From a virus (Duplodnaviria; Caudoviricetes), in the IMG/VR virus record IMGVR_UViG_3300025961_000012, positions 13,109 to 77,108 of that record: 64,000 nt of DNA; one strand, given 5' to 3'. The notes under the pieces were generated by a model, which made no database searches, was not told the DNA's origin, and saw only the letters and a program-made list of their open reading frames with translations. A program made the position numbers and the translations under genes. This document shows positions 54,801 through 61,528 of this stretch, one piece after another; the first letter of the stretch is position 1, and every line of letters starts with the position of its first letter.

Positions 54801-57285
54801 CCCGACCGACGCCGAGATCGAACAGATGCGCAAGCTGGCTGACGAAGAGCAGGCGCTTCGAAAGCCGACCGACGCCGAGCTGGCCAAGGTCGGAGAGGAC
54901 CCGAAGGCGCGCGAACGGCTGTTGGCCGACATCGAGGCGGCCACCAGGGAGACGCGGTTCAAGCTGCAGAAGCGCCTGGCGGTGATGTGGAGCGAGATGA
55001 CGAAACCGGTGTCTCTGCGGAATTATTGGGCGCAAAGGCAGAATACCGCGCGGTTCCTGAACGAGCTGATGACGGCCAACCTGCTGTTTCGGGCGTCGTT
55101 CGTCAGCAAACAGGCTATTGACGTGGCGACGCAATGGTTCTGGAGGATGCCCATGAGGGCCATTGCCCAGGCGTTGACCTTGCGCAAGAACGACTTGGCT
55201 GCGGGCAAACAGGTTCGATTCTGGGATGACGCACAGGCGGCGCTTAAGGACATCTACGGTGATTCCATCAAAAGCCTGAAGGTAGCCACCGCGAAGGCGC
55301 GTGCGGCGCTCGCGGGGCGGGTGGAGATCCGGAACGTGGATCGTCTCATGGGCAGCGTATCCGCGCTCGACAGATTGTGGCTGCGTGCGGACCGCGCCGC
55401 GGAGGACGGGCGCAAGGCTGAGGCGTTTATGTGGCGCGCCGTGGCTGCCATCGGCTTCTCGTACAAGGTCGCCGGCGCGTTCGATTACCTGCATGGGACG
55501 CCAGCCGAGTGGAACGAGCGCCGTTTCCGCGTCATCGAAGCCCTCCGAGAGACCGGCGTGGACCCCGCGGCGGCTCGAGTGCAGGCCGGCTGGGTGATGG
55601 ACGGCGCCCTGGCTGAGTATCCAGAGGCAGTCGCCATGACGCGCTCGATGCTCGAAGCCCGCGGGATTCCGTTCACCGAGCAGCAGTTGCGCGAGGACGC
55701 GTGGAACATGGTCGAGCGCAGGCAATACCAGAGGATCGGCGATCTCGGGCTGCCCGTGGACGCCATTCGGGAACATTCGGAGCTGTATCGCAACACGCTG
55801 GGCTGGAACGAGCGCGAGATGCGCGGGCCTGGCGGGCTCGTCGGCACGCTCGTGCATGGGGTTGGCGCCATTGGGGAAGGCATAGGCATCCCTTTGGCCA
55901 TGGGCCGGTTCGGCAACGCCATCGCGATCGGCATCAACCGGCAGTTGCACAAGACGCCGCTGTACGCGCTGGCCAACATCCGCCTGCCGTTCCTCAGAGG
56001 GGGCCAAGAGCCGTCGCCGTGGTCGCGGACCATGACGGACATCTACGAACGGCGCCTCGAGGCTGTGGCCGGCACGATGCTGGGGAGTACCTTGCTGACA
56101 TTGGCTGCGGCCGGACTGCTCAAGGTCTGGCTCAAACCGCCGCCCGACAAGGAAGAGCGCGAGCTGTGGGAGCGCGAGGGGCACAAGGCGGGCACGGTCG
56201 AGATCCCCCTGGGCGACGGCAAATATCAGGTCTGGAGCCTCACCGCGGGGCCGTTCGCGCTCCTGGCGCCCTATCTGGCGGCCGGCGGGGCAATCAACGA
56301 TCTGACCGTCAAACGGGAGAAACAGCAGGCCAAGCTCAATGCTGAGGCGGCGAAGAAGGGGCTGACACCGGCTCAACTGCCACCACCGGACATCTCGGAC
56401 TGGTTTGGTGTGGCCGCCCAGGCTGCCCAAGCATCTGTCCTCGGAAATCGAACGGCGTCCGGCTGGTTCAACAGCGTCACTGACTACGGCACACCCAACG
56501 TGAAGAAGTTCGTGGCCAGCCAGTTCACGCCCATGGTGCCCGGCTTGCCGGCATTGCAGGAGGTTTCCCGCATGGCCGGCGTCATAATCGACCCGAAAAA
56601 GGCCGATGTCATGGATTTCCTAGTGCCGTTGCCGACCTCCAAAGCGCGCAAATACAACATGCTCGGGGATCCGGTGGGCACCCAGGACGACCTGCAGCGC
56701 GTCGTCCAGACGCTCACGGGCGGCACGTATCCGTCCATCTCGCCGGGCCAGGCGCACGAGGCGGACGCCTACAAGGCGCTCTTCGCCACCGGTTACAGGC
56801 CTCCGAGCATCGACCCGAACGCGGGGCATGCCATCGGCGGGGACTTCAGGCCATTCACCGAGTCCGAACTGGAGCGCTACACGGACGCGCGCAGCCGGAA
56901 TCTGCGTGAAGAACTCGGCCGGCTGGGCCCCACGGCTAGCGCCAAGGACGCCCGGGAGGCGTACCAGCGCGCGAACGACGCGGCGCTGCGGGAGACTGGT
57001 GTCACGGTCGCCACCAGGACGACAACGCCCAGCGGCGCCACGGTCACGAGGGTAGCGTCGTCCCGTGGAGGCGTGGGAGTTCCGACCAGGACGACGGAAG
57101 CCCGAAGTGGGACCGGCGGCAGGGCAGCGCGCGGCAGATTGTCACGCGGGCTGCGTGGAGTGCGATTTGGACGGCGGGGGTTGGCCCGGGCTTCAAGGCT
57201 TCGGCTGCAACCGCGGCTCGGGCGCGGACGCACACGCGGATTGTCGCGCGCACGAGTCAGTTCTGCTCGTTCTGCTCGGGTTTGA
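45850..57285 (+). CDS. Giant DarB-like polyvalent protein: N6-adenine MTase, Strawberry-notch SF2 helicase, LPD38-like C-terminus (~3,811 aa)
   Basis: VYDATAGNGML (motif I) and HLNPPF (motif IV) near 48.6-48.8 kb; GDETGIGKGRQ, LDEAH, YLSAT, NASGSTGLSIHA, QTLGRIKRTG helicase motifs; helical C-terminal third; likely start MPAVFVDE at 45850. Confidence 0.9.
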   Translation: MPAVFVDEEPQAHFVDDAGPAEGRAKFLEDLPAPTPPPIPAEQIRMTLEPGVTEGKSAEQADIERANKIGAPQVELNKQSAPFNLREHLSMARERPSDKLQYWAQRIPWSPAGIIQPLEVKSAADRIQAGIGEPKDFEKLSDFIVSAERQQNAGVISKAVDIATALPAFAAEFSATGGAFTGTRAAAQRAGLAALEESAKAVAGKAARYVATKAAEAPAFIAGAAAQTLANPKLIAENFVQNELNRVKFKEGDQGQIETIIKDDDVGFAGNLRNSFLKAGFDIGTEYAGELLHPLKAAIAARWMNAVPGRTPGALQKALDASGWHGVLGEMFEERLNEFAAPLYGENYQPPSPQQLMAEALAFSVPGTAERLLSGRGPAIEKGKENATTQRTEQPRTQRGEANAGIQPVGENRVNQPVEQPPRAPDSERNRVPPGEVPPQVETPPGTPVTTKAPLAVRILTARGVAPDVAEFVAARAGDKPANETAEDYRTRVNGLHDEFGFKVPTEVNPASSEASLRASAAAEGFTEEQIQNTLAKAKAADTAVHAANTALIGRIQAARQPATVTPEPPTAPPTLPDVAARFLPEDARRLLQEHAGNIANASAALGQIVQRHLDSGGQAILYVDGKAVPIVQAENGMLRDKKNQQWGTMPLFTGRTSQNRLDLLPISATKAPVPATIPPVVATKPLVGETEADLRERILGPPKDAPQEVVLERLKARLLEAKNDGGEGGGFHASGAWFDIGINFPTPGKSYINGRGITINVPTADLKRGDLSNAEILIGGKKTQIEDIAEKLPKAPLPKEEGVKPPEVNSEQAIRDLIDSPETTAQKSVKMRQMAEAAGIELKAMQERVEAVLVKMANEIARNEGLRPTTRFHALVNLYERQPLFSARTSTSVADQAYSTPAPIAFALRHMTGVTSQTPVYDATAGNGMLLLGSKLGESVANEINPNRAQALRDLGVGTVTQNDATKFVPAEDSPVVHLNPPFGSIPNTNYDGYGIRKLEHLISLKGLEAMEDGGSAAIILGAALHEKEQGKGAQWIFENYLYGHYNVVDNFEIAGDLYAKQGAKFPVRVLVIVGRKATPVTGEFAPKHVDRLTNWDDVWARAEKARNEAERIRSSLGTGGPGPISPGIPEGAQKPAPGPGLVPVRPGETAAPAGGGGLRRGNRGGKSTAPGGPTGVGEPVAPAGPAAQPGNAGQPAQQPGGIGQPTPPVEGRSSSGAEDEVPPSAGGTEAGGGTKPGVVSKPGNIKAADIGDLSLDDLDALLAGTPEEQPPPAPAPIPPAPEAPYHYPQPLEGQPYEQPPQAPYGYPEPLEGQPYETERATTPRPPRPPRKPPTQPPKKPKLSDVGKHLVEGAKSSFEALDQLFGRGTHMGALGPTFDENTYAAAKPHFAKAWSEYVKAGATLQEYIQYVLGRFGNGVRIYLKQFLADMQEEAKAKKEKPKATETQIPYEQRAEGYSFGLLTPSNIGNGTHAALDALKARVGPLTDFVADRLNQSPTELQKGLSGEQIDGVALAIDQIENGGALIIGDETGIGKGRQAAAIIRYAHLQGKIPVFFTKDPKLFTDMYGDLADIGTTIRPLIFGDPSKASIVNENGDVIVKAPTKKRQDAIMRDIQERGIQAAGYDAIFSTYSQVNVENERQRFLEGLAHNQDTILILDEAHEAAGDGESSMQAAFMQGGQVRRGSGADRTIVNKVGLLNAPGTAEGRGGVTYLSATYAKRPDNTPLYFRTALRKAAQSFQQVVDAMKKGGVALQQAVSEALAAAGQYVRRERDFSGVRYELKKIAVADEPALVQQVDGITDLLGQIVQFSHSVREAAQSAGGATSTAMSDNAIDVADFAALVHNQVGQLLLAAKADEVVKEAAEAHSRGEKPVIALMNTMESFLDQYTTEHNIKPGQPIQLRWHELLRYALSRTLRGKVQQPNGDTVIVQLTPEELGLSPQFEAIMEQIGELETEFPVSPIDYIVQQLEAKGVKTGELTGRTSGINYTDVKAGQGTYKRFPKANKNTLVNGFNGGVLNGLLLNASGSTGLSIHASEKFFDKKPRHMVIAQPALDINVFVQTLGRIKRTGMVLNGENPDGSKWGARYTHLVLPLQAEMRPAAVTNRKMKSLNANTTAESKSGVKIESADFLNKYGDEIVSEFLDENREWQPRLGLWIDHNQDGTVKVQNDIARKFTGRMSLMPNSQQEEAYNQIIPAYNELIDRLKTTGEYDLDIVVHKDWDGTQLSDDQLAPGTDESSIFTASVRAQRWEITDNRHVPTGEEMLEEFNRQTGGVEKLRENWQAQIRETEKQIRDRIAAADKAIDEAANEPDPTKRALLAARAQNEMTAMLQAQAKWSDTKDTLNRILSMAGDPVELEDSETHETFDGMLVGFKMPNLARGLRVSPSAYHLRYLIDAPGGKMFLRGSMFPSKWTQNRSDRPLSDFKGARAGQRYARWVVTGNPIKAYEATGGRGKMVRFQSRDGQTITGLIMPVKWDISKLASDPRLELVSGAAIANFLRAQRGDQNHAVESKSGIVRINRSSTGAYAISVPAARRTGGDYFLDLALRKIVGDFNKTGARMLAQVAPDKLVAAADRVMQIAGERLRVSGKVSPEMISVIEAANKPGGTASDVANRIAEALNRLKSNRRPGDLQLFGLVPLVWDKAIDIARGIVLAGGKVADAVAKAIEYIRANHKGDWDEAGARAALETAAQKPAATEEGLTEPAEGEQPPVVDDHWVPTQVKGVTWYVRDRDKLSPESTARSIDAAEAAFKAAGFDSERRTMFDQGDHQTKSILFIPETENADEKGRKLAEVLEREIATQREAGKGADHVSTLINSVREGFDQPGSAFRQMSQQVRNRLFALAQEEASWRGRALRALANSKADIIRIARNVDVYLQRIYSTAFADKAPGGAAGASDIADDLRASLREVLTDEEIDRLPELIADPAQRERIKAALKKALEKVAPKGAKRFGRRNWRTIESLIQGGILDDTEWFKDLARKRGWKVPTDAEIEQMRKLADEEQALRKPTDAELAKVGEDPKARERLLADIEAATRETRFKLQKRLAVMWSEMTKPVSLRNYWAQRQNTARFLNELMTANLLFRASFVSKQAIDVATQWFWRMPMRAIAQALTLRKNDLAAGKQVRFWDDAQAALKDIYGDSIKSLKVATAKARAALAGRVEIRNVDRLMGSVSALDRLWLRADRAAEDGRKAEAFMWRAVAAIGFSYKVAGAFDYLHGTPAEWNERRFRVIEALRETGVDPAAARVQAGWVMDGALAEYPEAVAMTRSMLEARGIPFTEQQLREDAWNMVERRQYQRIGDLGLPVDAIREHSELYRNTLGWNEREMRGPGGLVGTLVHGVGAIGEGIGIPLAMGRFGNAIAIGINRQLHKTPLYALANIRLPFLRGGQEPSPWSRTMTDIYERRLEAVAGTMLGSTLLTLAAAGLLKVWLKPPPDKEERELWEREGHKAGTVEIPLGDGKYQVWSLTAGPFALLAPYLAAGGAINDLTVKREKQQAKLNAEAAKKGLTPAQLPPPDISDWFGVAAQAAQASVLGNRTASGWFNSVTDYGTPNVKKFVASQFTPMVPGLPALQEVSRMAGVIIDPKKADVMDFLVPLPTSKARKYNMLGDPVGTQDDLQRVVQTLTGGTYPSISPGQAHEADAYKALFATGYRPPSIDPNAGHAIGGDFRPFTESELERYTDARSRNLREELGRLGPTASAKDAREAYQRANDAALRETGVTVATRTTTPSGATVTRVASSRGGVGVPTRTTEARSGTGGRAARGRLSRGLRGVRFGRRGLARASRLRLQPRLGRGRTRGLSRARVSSARSARV
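47006..47197 (+). CDS. Nested small basic phage protein (MPLRKG... family) in the +1 frame inside the giant gene
   Basis: MPLRKGPNSHGHNVEKLMREYNQSGKIGSTNPSSSHHALRIANAIAYRLEKSPRK resembles the recurrent MPL.KG....N...L...GK......A.AIA phage microprotein; AAGGT upstream of the ATG. Confidence 0.65.
   Translation: MPLRKGPNSHGHNVEKLMREYNQSGKIGSTNPSSSHHALRIANAIAYRLEKSPRKSKLRRGRR
49175..49591 (+). CDS. Nested 138-aa helical protein in the +1 frame inside the giant gene's Gly/Pro linker
   Basis: This frame shows genome-typical G/C-ending codons (gtg gac ctg gac...ctg ctg cgc cgg ctg gtg gag gag) while the host frame switches to GGA/GGT/CCT/CCA; AAAGG upstream of the ATG. Confidence 0.7.
   Translation: MKLKESDQVWAPVDLDQYLLVFPKAHRNPPRDQDSFLFDQVRLLRRLVEEASDGEIEEGNRRLQEDLPASESLWLPPDLLRNPATPGNLLNNPAELGSQLHQWKEGVAAALRMKSLPVLEARKLAEGLSLESFLSRVI
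49699..49803 (+). repeat. Imperfect tandem repeat encoding APYxYPxPLEGQPYE twice
   Basis: EAPYHYPQPLEGQPYE and QAPYGYPEPLEGQPYE, 57-bp period. Confidence 0.8.
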
Positions 57286-57616
57286 TACCCCTTCGAAAGA
57301 TTTTCGGCAGCCAGATGGTGTCAGGCGCCTTCTCCTCGACGGGTTTTCCTTCCTGTTTCGCCTGACGCGCGAGGAGTTCCCCGATCTTCAAATCGACCAG
57401 CGCCTCGGTGTTCTCGACCCAATCAAGGTGCTTGGCCGCCTTCAACTGCGCACGCAGCCTGGTCTTTAGCTTTCGCAGGGCGGCAATGATCTCGGGGTAG
57501 GTCGCCGCGCGCAGGGCTTCGTCGTGGCGAAAGAGGGTGTATTCGCGCTCGATGATCTTGTTGACGGCCGCCTGTTCGATTTCCAGCCGGCGTTCCCTCT
57601 GTTGCTTAGGCGACAT
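57257..57616 (-). CDS. Hypothetical coiled-coil protein
   Basis: MSPKQQRERRL...; convergent 29-bp overlap with the giant gene. Confidence 0.7.
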   Translation of the reverse strand: MSPKQQRERRLEIEQAAVNKIIEREYTLFRHDEALRAATYPEIIAALRKLKTRLRAQLKAAKHLDWVENTEALVDLKIGELLARQAKQEGKPVEEKAPDTIWLPKIFRRGIKPEQNEQN

Positions 57617-57888
57617 TATGCTGATGTGGTTTTGGTTTCGTCGGGTCTTTCCTTCACACGCTTTTCCGCTGCGCATCTGTCCATGGATTCCGCCAGGCCG
57701 ACGGAGATCAGCGTGCCCGCGATGTCCAGAAGCTGCTCGTGCGTCATCGTGCGAAGATGCTTGCGCACCATGTCGAACACCGCAGCGCCCGTACAATCGG
57801 TCGCAGACATCTTCACGAAGTCTGGGCGGATCTTCTTCAGCATGATCTCTTCCCAGGACTTCAGAACAGTGTCGATGTTTCGGCTCAT
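57616..57888 (-). CDS. Hypothetical protein
   Basis: MSRNIDTVLKSW...; coupled at both ends. Confidence 0.7.
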   Translation of the reverse strand: MSRNIDTVLKSWEEIMLKKIRPDFVKMSATDCTGAAVFDMVRKHLRTMTHEQLLDIAGTLISVGLAESMDRCAAEKRVKERPDETKTTSA

Positions 57889-58376
57889 AGATGATAGATG
57901 CCGCGGCAGTAAGGCGTCCACGCGAACCACGCGTAGTCGCAAGAATCGGTTTTCCCATCGTCAGTGAAGCACGGCCGCTTACTCAGCACGAACAGTGCAG
58001 TCGGTTCGTTCGCCTGAAACCACGCACGACGCTTGACAGACGCGAGAAAGTTCAATCGCAGCAGCATGAACACGTTGGGCGACATTTTGACCGCGTGCTG
58101 GCAGAACTCCAGCGCCAAAGAGAACGGAGGGTTGGTGATGATTGTTGCCCTGTCTGTGTGGTCTTTGAGGAAATCGTAGCCATTGATCAAGTCGTCGCCG
58201 TCCGCCTTCCATCCGCCGTGCTGTAGTCGCGCCACGAGACGCCCATCCCCTTGCGCTGGTTCCCATATCGGCGTCGGAATCTGTTTGATGTAATGCAGGA
58301 GCGGCTCGAACGCCGCCATTGGCGTCGGGTAAAAGTCGCTCGCGTTGCGCACGGCGCCGCGGTTGGTGCTGCTCAT
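57885..58376 (-). CDS. Small phage N6-adenine DNA methyltransferase
   Basis: DFYPTP, IWEPAQGDG (motif I), YDFL, IITNPPF (motif IV), LLRLNFLAS..R; start MSSTNRG at 58376. Confidence 0.85.
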   Translation of the reverse strand: MSSTNRGAVRNASDFYPTPMAAFEPLLHYIKQIPTPIWEPAQGDGRLVARLQHGGWKADGDDLINGYDFLKDHTDRATIITNPPFSLALEFCQHAVKMSPNVFMLLRLNFLASVKRRAWFQANEPTALFVLSKRPCFTDDGKTDSCDYAWFAWTPYCRGIYHL

Positions 58377-58600
58377 ATATTTGGAGCACGACGGTTCCAG
58401 CAGCGTTGAAGTTCTGCCATCATTTCCTCCTTCGTCATCGGCTTCACGTCCGAATCGCACAACATCATTTCGGCGTTGCACCCTCCTGAACAGTAGATGG
58501 CAACGCCGCTTTCAATCTCTCCCCGTGCGAGAGAACGGAAAGCTCTATGATGATCGGTCTCTGCCGGGCACCCGCAAAATGGACATGGTAAAAGATTCAT
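58373..58600 (-). CDS. Lar-family restriction alleviation protein
   Basis: LLPCPFCG...AIYC..C.A...WNRR pattern; start at 58600. Confidence 0.75.
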   Translation of the reverse strand: MNLLPCPFCGCPAETDHHRAFRSLARGEIESGVAIYCSGGCNAEMMLCDSDVKPMTKEEMMAELQRCWNRRAPNI

Positions 58601-59166
58601 AGCGCCAGTCGTTTCGCCCGCAGCTCGAGGATCTGCTCCTGCGTGTAGTTGTGGAACCATGCGTCTTCGCGGTTTTTCTCGGTGTTCTCGTAGGTGGCAT
58701 CAATGGTCTGCGACTTCGTATAGTCCAGCAGCAGGAGATCCCAATCGCTGAACCCGAGCCCTTCGAACTCGCTGAAGTCATGCCGCAGAAGTGCGCGCAT
58801 CACGTTCGCTGGCGACTTGTACGTGTAGATGACGCGCCCTCGGGTATCGTAGCTGACGAACGTCGGCGTTGACGGTTTACGAGGAAATGGCGGCATCTGT
58901 TCGGCTCGAATCGCCGGCAGGATCGTCGGCGTGACAAGGAGCATGTCCTCGTGGCCGCGGAGATAATGCGCGTTCCAGCGTGCCCAAATGTGCTCAGGCT
59001 GTTGCGATGCCTTCAGGACGTGCTCGATGTCGAGGGGCTCGGCGCACGATGCGGGCGTCAGGACGAAGGGCTCGAAGCCGGCATCCTTCCAGGAGCGGTG
59101 CCACTGGCAGAGCGCCTGAGTGTGCGGGATGTCGGCGCCAGCGCGCGCAAAGCAGAATACTTTCAT
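58597..59166 (-). CDS. Hypothetical protein, possibly glycosyltransferase-like
   Basis: W..SW..AGFEPFVL N-terminus recalls phage GT-like proteins; no DxD confirmed. Confidence 0.5.
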   Translation of the reverse strand: MKVFCFARAGADIPHTQALCQWHRSWKDAGFEPFVLTPASCAEPLDIEHVLKASQQPEHIWARWNAHYLRGHEDMLLVTPTILPAIRAEQMPPFPRKPSTPTFVSYDTRGRVIYTYKSPANVMRALLRHDFSEFEGLGFSDWDLLLLDYTKSQTIDATYENTEKNREDAWFHNYTQEQILELRAKRLAL

Positions 59167-59339
59167 GGGCGCTGTGTTGCGGCCTGATGCGCTGCGGTAA
59201 TTTTCCCCAAACACTGCGGGCAAACAGCGGCGTCGAGTGTCACAAACTCGGCGTTCGGGACATCAAACTGCCACGCCAGCGGCTTCGACTCCCGCTTACA
59301 GATGTCGCAGACCAACGTGATTGTCGTTCTCTTTGGCAT
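59163..59339 (-). CDS. Small Zn-ribbon protein (CDIC...CPQC)
   Basis: MPKRTTITLVCDICK...; two CxxC pairs. Confidence 0.7.
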   Translation of the reverse strand: MPKRTTITLVCDICKRESKPLAWQFDVPNAEFVTLDAAVCPQCLGKITAAHQAATQRP

Positions 59340-59340
59340 G

Positions 59341-59646
59341 TCAGTTCTCTCTCGCGCGCCAGACCAGCCTTCCATCCTCTGCGACGCCAATCTCAAATTT
59401 GAGCGGCATGCGCGACGGAACGCTCGTTGGTCTTGCGTAGTTCGTTTGCATCTCGCCGTTGGTCCAGCGCACCGTCAGCGGTTTGTGCTCTCGGAAGTGG
59501 GCAAGGGTCTGATCTACGGCGACGCCGACTAGGAACACCAGAAGCCCGCCGAAGACATCCCGCGAATGATGCGCCGTCCAGAACGCGAACGCCGACGGCG
59601 GGCGCAACGGCGAGTTTAGGATTTTCTGCTCAACTTTTCTGCTCAT
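59341..59646 (-). CDS. Hypothetical membrane protein
   Basis: VFGGLLVFLVGVAV hydrophobic segment; start uncertain. Confidence 0.55.
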   Translation of the reverse strand: MSRKVEQKILNSPLRPPSAFAFWTAHHSRDVFGGLLVFLVGVAVDQTLAHFREHKPLTVRWTNGEMQTNYARPTSVPSRMPLKFEIGVAEDGRLVWRAREN

Positions 59647-59878
59647 GGGTCTCGGCAGGTTGATGTTCACCGCACCATTCGTATGATTCGATTTCCGGCC
59701 AATGAGTTTCCACATCTGGCGGAAACACTAAATTAAGAAATCTGCCGACAACGCGTACGACTGGTGGGTGGCGCCGACAAATGCCGCTAATCTGATCGGC
59801 ATCGATCTCTGTGTCGTATGCTTCCCAAAATCTGCAATTCCGGCAGGCTGGTTTGTTTTGGTCGTCCATATTGTTCAT
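59630..59878 (-). CDS. Small Cys-rich protein (CRNCRFW...GICRRHPP...WCGEH)
   Basis: Conserved-looking Cys pattern frequent in phage microproteins. Confidence 0.75.
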   Translation of the reverse strand: MNNMDDQNKPACRNCRFWEAYDTEIDADQISGICRRHPPVVRVVGRFLNLVFPPDVETHWPEIESYEWCGEHQPAETHEQKS

Positions 59879-60711
59879 GCGACAGCGGCCCTCTTCTCGT
59901 CTAGAGACGCGCTGTGACTATATCCCTGGAGCACCTTGAGTGACTGCCCAGTGAGTGAGCGCACGACCGCGATCGGCACGCCCTTGTTGAGCAGGTGCGA
60001 AATCCGGCCGTGCCGAACGCAGTGCAGTGACTTGTTCACGCCCGCCTTCCGCGAGAGCTTGATGAACTGTGCCGAGATGGTCTTGTGGGAGTCGTAAGCG
60101 TGCAACTGCGCCATGTTCGGGCACACGAACGATTGATCGCCCTCAAGACAAGGCGGCGTGTCGCGCATCGCCTGCACAAGTTCGAGACTGATCGGAATCT
60201 CGACAACCTTCCCGAATCGCTGCGTTTTAATCGGCACACGTCGAATCACGCACTCGACGATGCTGACCTCGTGCCAGCGGAGCGTCGCGACATCCCCTAG
60301 ACGCAAGCCGGTTTCCCAGGCGCAAAGTATGGCGTAAACCCAATCACGACGACCGTCGGCACGAGCTTGCGCCAGAAGTTTCGTTATCTCGTCGTCGGTT
60401 ATCGGCTGACGTTCAACGACGGGAATCGCGAAACGCTTCAGCTTCGGGACCGGGTTCGCGTCCACGAGGCCCGCGTCGATGAGCCAGGCGAACAAAGCCT
60501 GCACGGTAGAGTAATACGCGGCAGCGGTTCGCCGGCCGCGGCCACTCTTGAGCAGGTGCCCAAGGAACGACTTACAGACCAGCGCGGTAATCGGTTTCTG
60601 GCTGGCGAACTTCGCGAAGACTTCGAGGCGTTCCCGGTAGGCGCGAATCGTTGACTCGGTGAGCAGCCCGCTCTGCGCTTCAAGGAAAGTTTGGATGCGT
60701 TCGCGGATCAT
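59875..60711 (-). CDS. Tyrosine recombinase/integrase (Xer-like size, no arm-binding domain)
   Basis: TGLRLGD (R), IKT (K), LHCVRH (H..R), LTGQS, LQGYSH (Y); N-terminal core-binding domain. Confidence 0.9.
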   Translation of the reverse strand: MIRERIQTFLEAQSGLLTESTIRAYRERLEVFAKFASQKPITALVCKSFLGHLLKSGRGRRTAAAYYSTVQALFAWLIDAGLVDANPVPKLKRFAIPVVERQPITDDEITKLLAQARADGRRDWVYAILCAWETGLRLGDVATLRWHEVSIVECVIRRVPIKTQRFGKVVEIPISLELVQAMRDTPPCLEGDQSFVCPNMAQLHAYDSHKTISAQFIKLSRKAGVNKSLHCVRHGRISHLLNKGVPIAVVRSLTGQSLKVLQGYSHSASLDEKRAAVA

Positions 60712-60923
60712 AGCTTGTTCAGGAACGCCCTGAATTCAGCGAACGAAGCGAATGCATTGATCTTGTGAATCGTCTCGGCCGGAAGACCCAATGAGGCGCA
60801 CAATCGAAGTACGTCAGCCTCGGCGTGGGGTTGCGGCGCATTGATCCATTGATCGCCGCGCTTCAGTCCTCGATACCTGCGAATCGCGTTACCGAGCTTT
60901 TGGATTTTGGCGGCGCGGGTCAT
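60708..60923 (-). CDS. Hypothetical protein (71 aa)
   Basis: Coupled ORF in the recombinase operon. Confidence 0.7.
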   Translation of the reverse strand: MTRAAKIQKLGNAIRRYRGLKRGDQWINAPQPHAEADVLRLCASLGLPAETIHKINAFASFAEFRAFLNKL

Positions 60924-61219
60924 GCAGTTGCGCGAGTTAGCTGGCTCAAGACTTTATCCCGCTCCTCAACGGAATTGTACATCCAAACGCCTTGAATCTG
61001 AAGCGGCAGGTAACGACGGCTTGGCGGGATTATGCTTTCAATGATGGGGTGACTTTTAAGGATCATTGTCTTTGTGTTGATCGTGCATTTGAAAGCTGCC
61101 CGAAGCTTCATCTTATCTCTCCGGATAATTTTTCTCGCTGCCTCAATCGCTTTTGGCCCGATTATGACTTTCAAGGCCGGGCTTTTCTTGGAGGAGGATA
61201 GTGTCGTCATTTTAGGCAT
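60920..61219 (-). CDS. Hypothetical basic protein (99 aa)
   Basis: First gene after the CCGCTTGACAA promoter at 61232-61264. Confidence 0.65.
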   Translation of the reverse strand: MPKMTTLSSSKKSPALKVIIGPKAIEAARKIIRRDKMKLRAAFKCTINTKTMILKSHPIIESIIPPSRRYLPLQIQGVWMYNSVEERDKVLSQLTRATA

Positions 61220-61231
61220 CGCGTTGGAGTG

Positions 61232-61264
61232 ACAATGTGGGCCTGGCGCGTAATTGTCAAGCGG
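61232..61264 (-). promoter_or_regulatory. CCGCTTGACAA-type promoter (TTGACA-N17-CATTGT) for the recombinase operon
   Basis: TTGTCAAGCGG at 61254-61264; -10-like hexamer at 61237-61232; ATG 12 nt later. Confidence 0.7.
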
Positions 61265-61267
61265 AAT

Positions 61268-61528
61268 TCAGAGCGGAAGTTCTTCCCGCTTGAAAACATA
61301 AACAGTCCCGTCGCGTTCGATAAAAAGGATCGCGGCGTAAGGCTGGCCGGCGTTCAAGCTGGCGCGTAATTGCACGCCAGCCTCAATTTTCACATGCGCC
61401 ATGCCGTCGCAGCACTTGTCTCTGGCGAGGATTGCAATGGTTGGAATATGAAAGCAGGATCCAGTGGTGTCGTGGGCAAACGAACAAAGCCCCCAGAAGT
61501 CGCCGAAGATTTCAGGATTGCCGCTCAT
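61268..61528 (-). CDS. Hypothetical Cys-containing protein (86 aa)
   Basis: Coupled to the GT-like gene stop. Confidence 0.65.
   Translation of the reverse strand: MSGNPEIFGDFWGLCSFAHDTTGSCFHIPTIAILARDKCCDGMAHVKIEAGVQLRASLNAGQPYAAILFIERDGTVYVFKREELPL

Noticed and set aside
54601-56430. 609-aa antisense ORF, and similar long antisense ORFs at 45072, 49918, 17260, 15388, 23113 and 34271
   Set aside because: Typical stop-poor antisense shadows of GC3-rich genes; His/Arg/Leu-rich composition and no motifs.
57000-57285. Separate minus-strand gene under the Arg-rich tail of the giant protein
   Set aside because: The candidate ORFs (57044-57253, 56877-57233) lack protein-like features or coupling to 57257.
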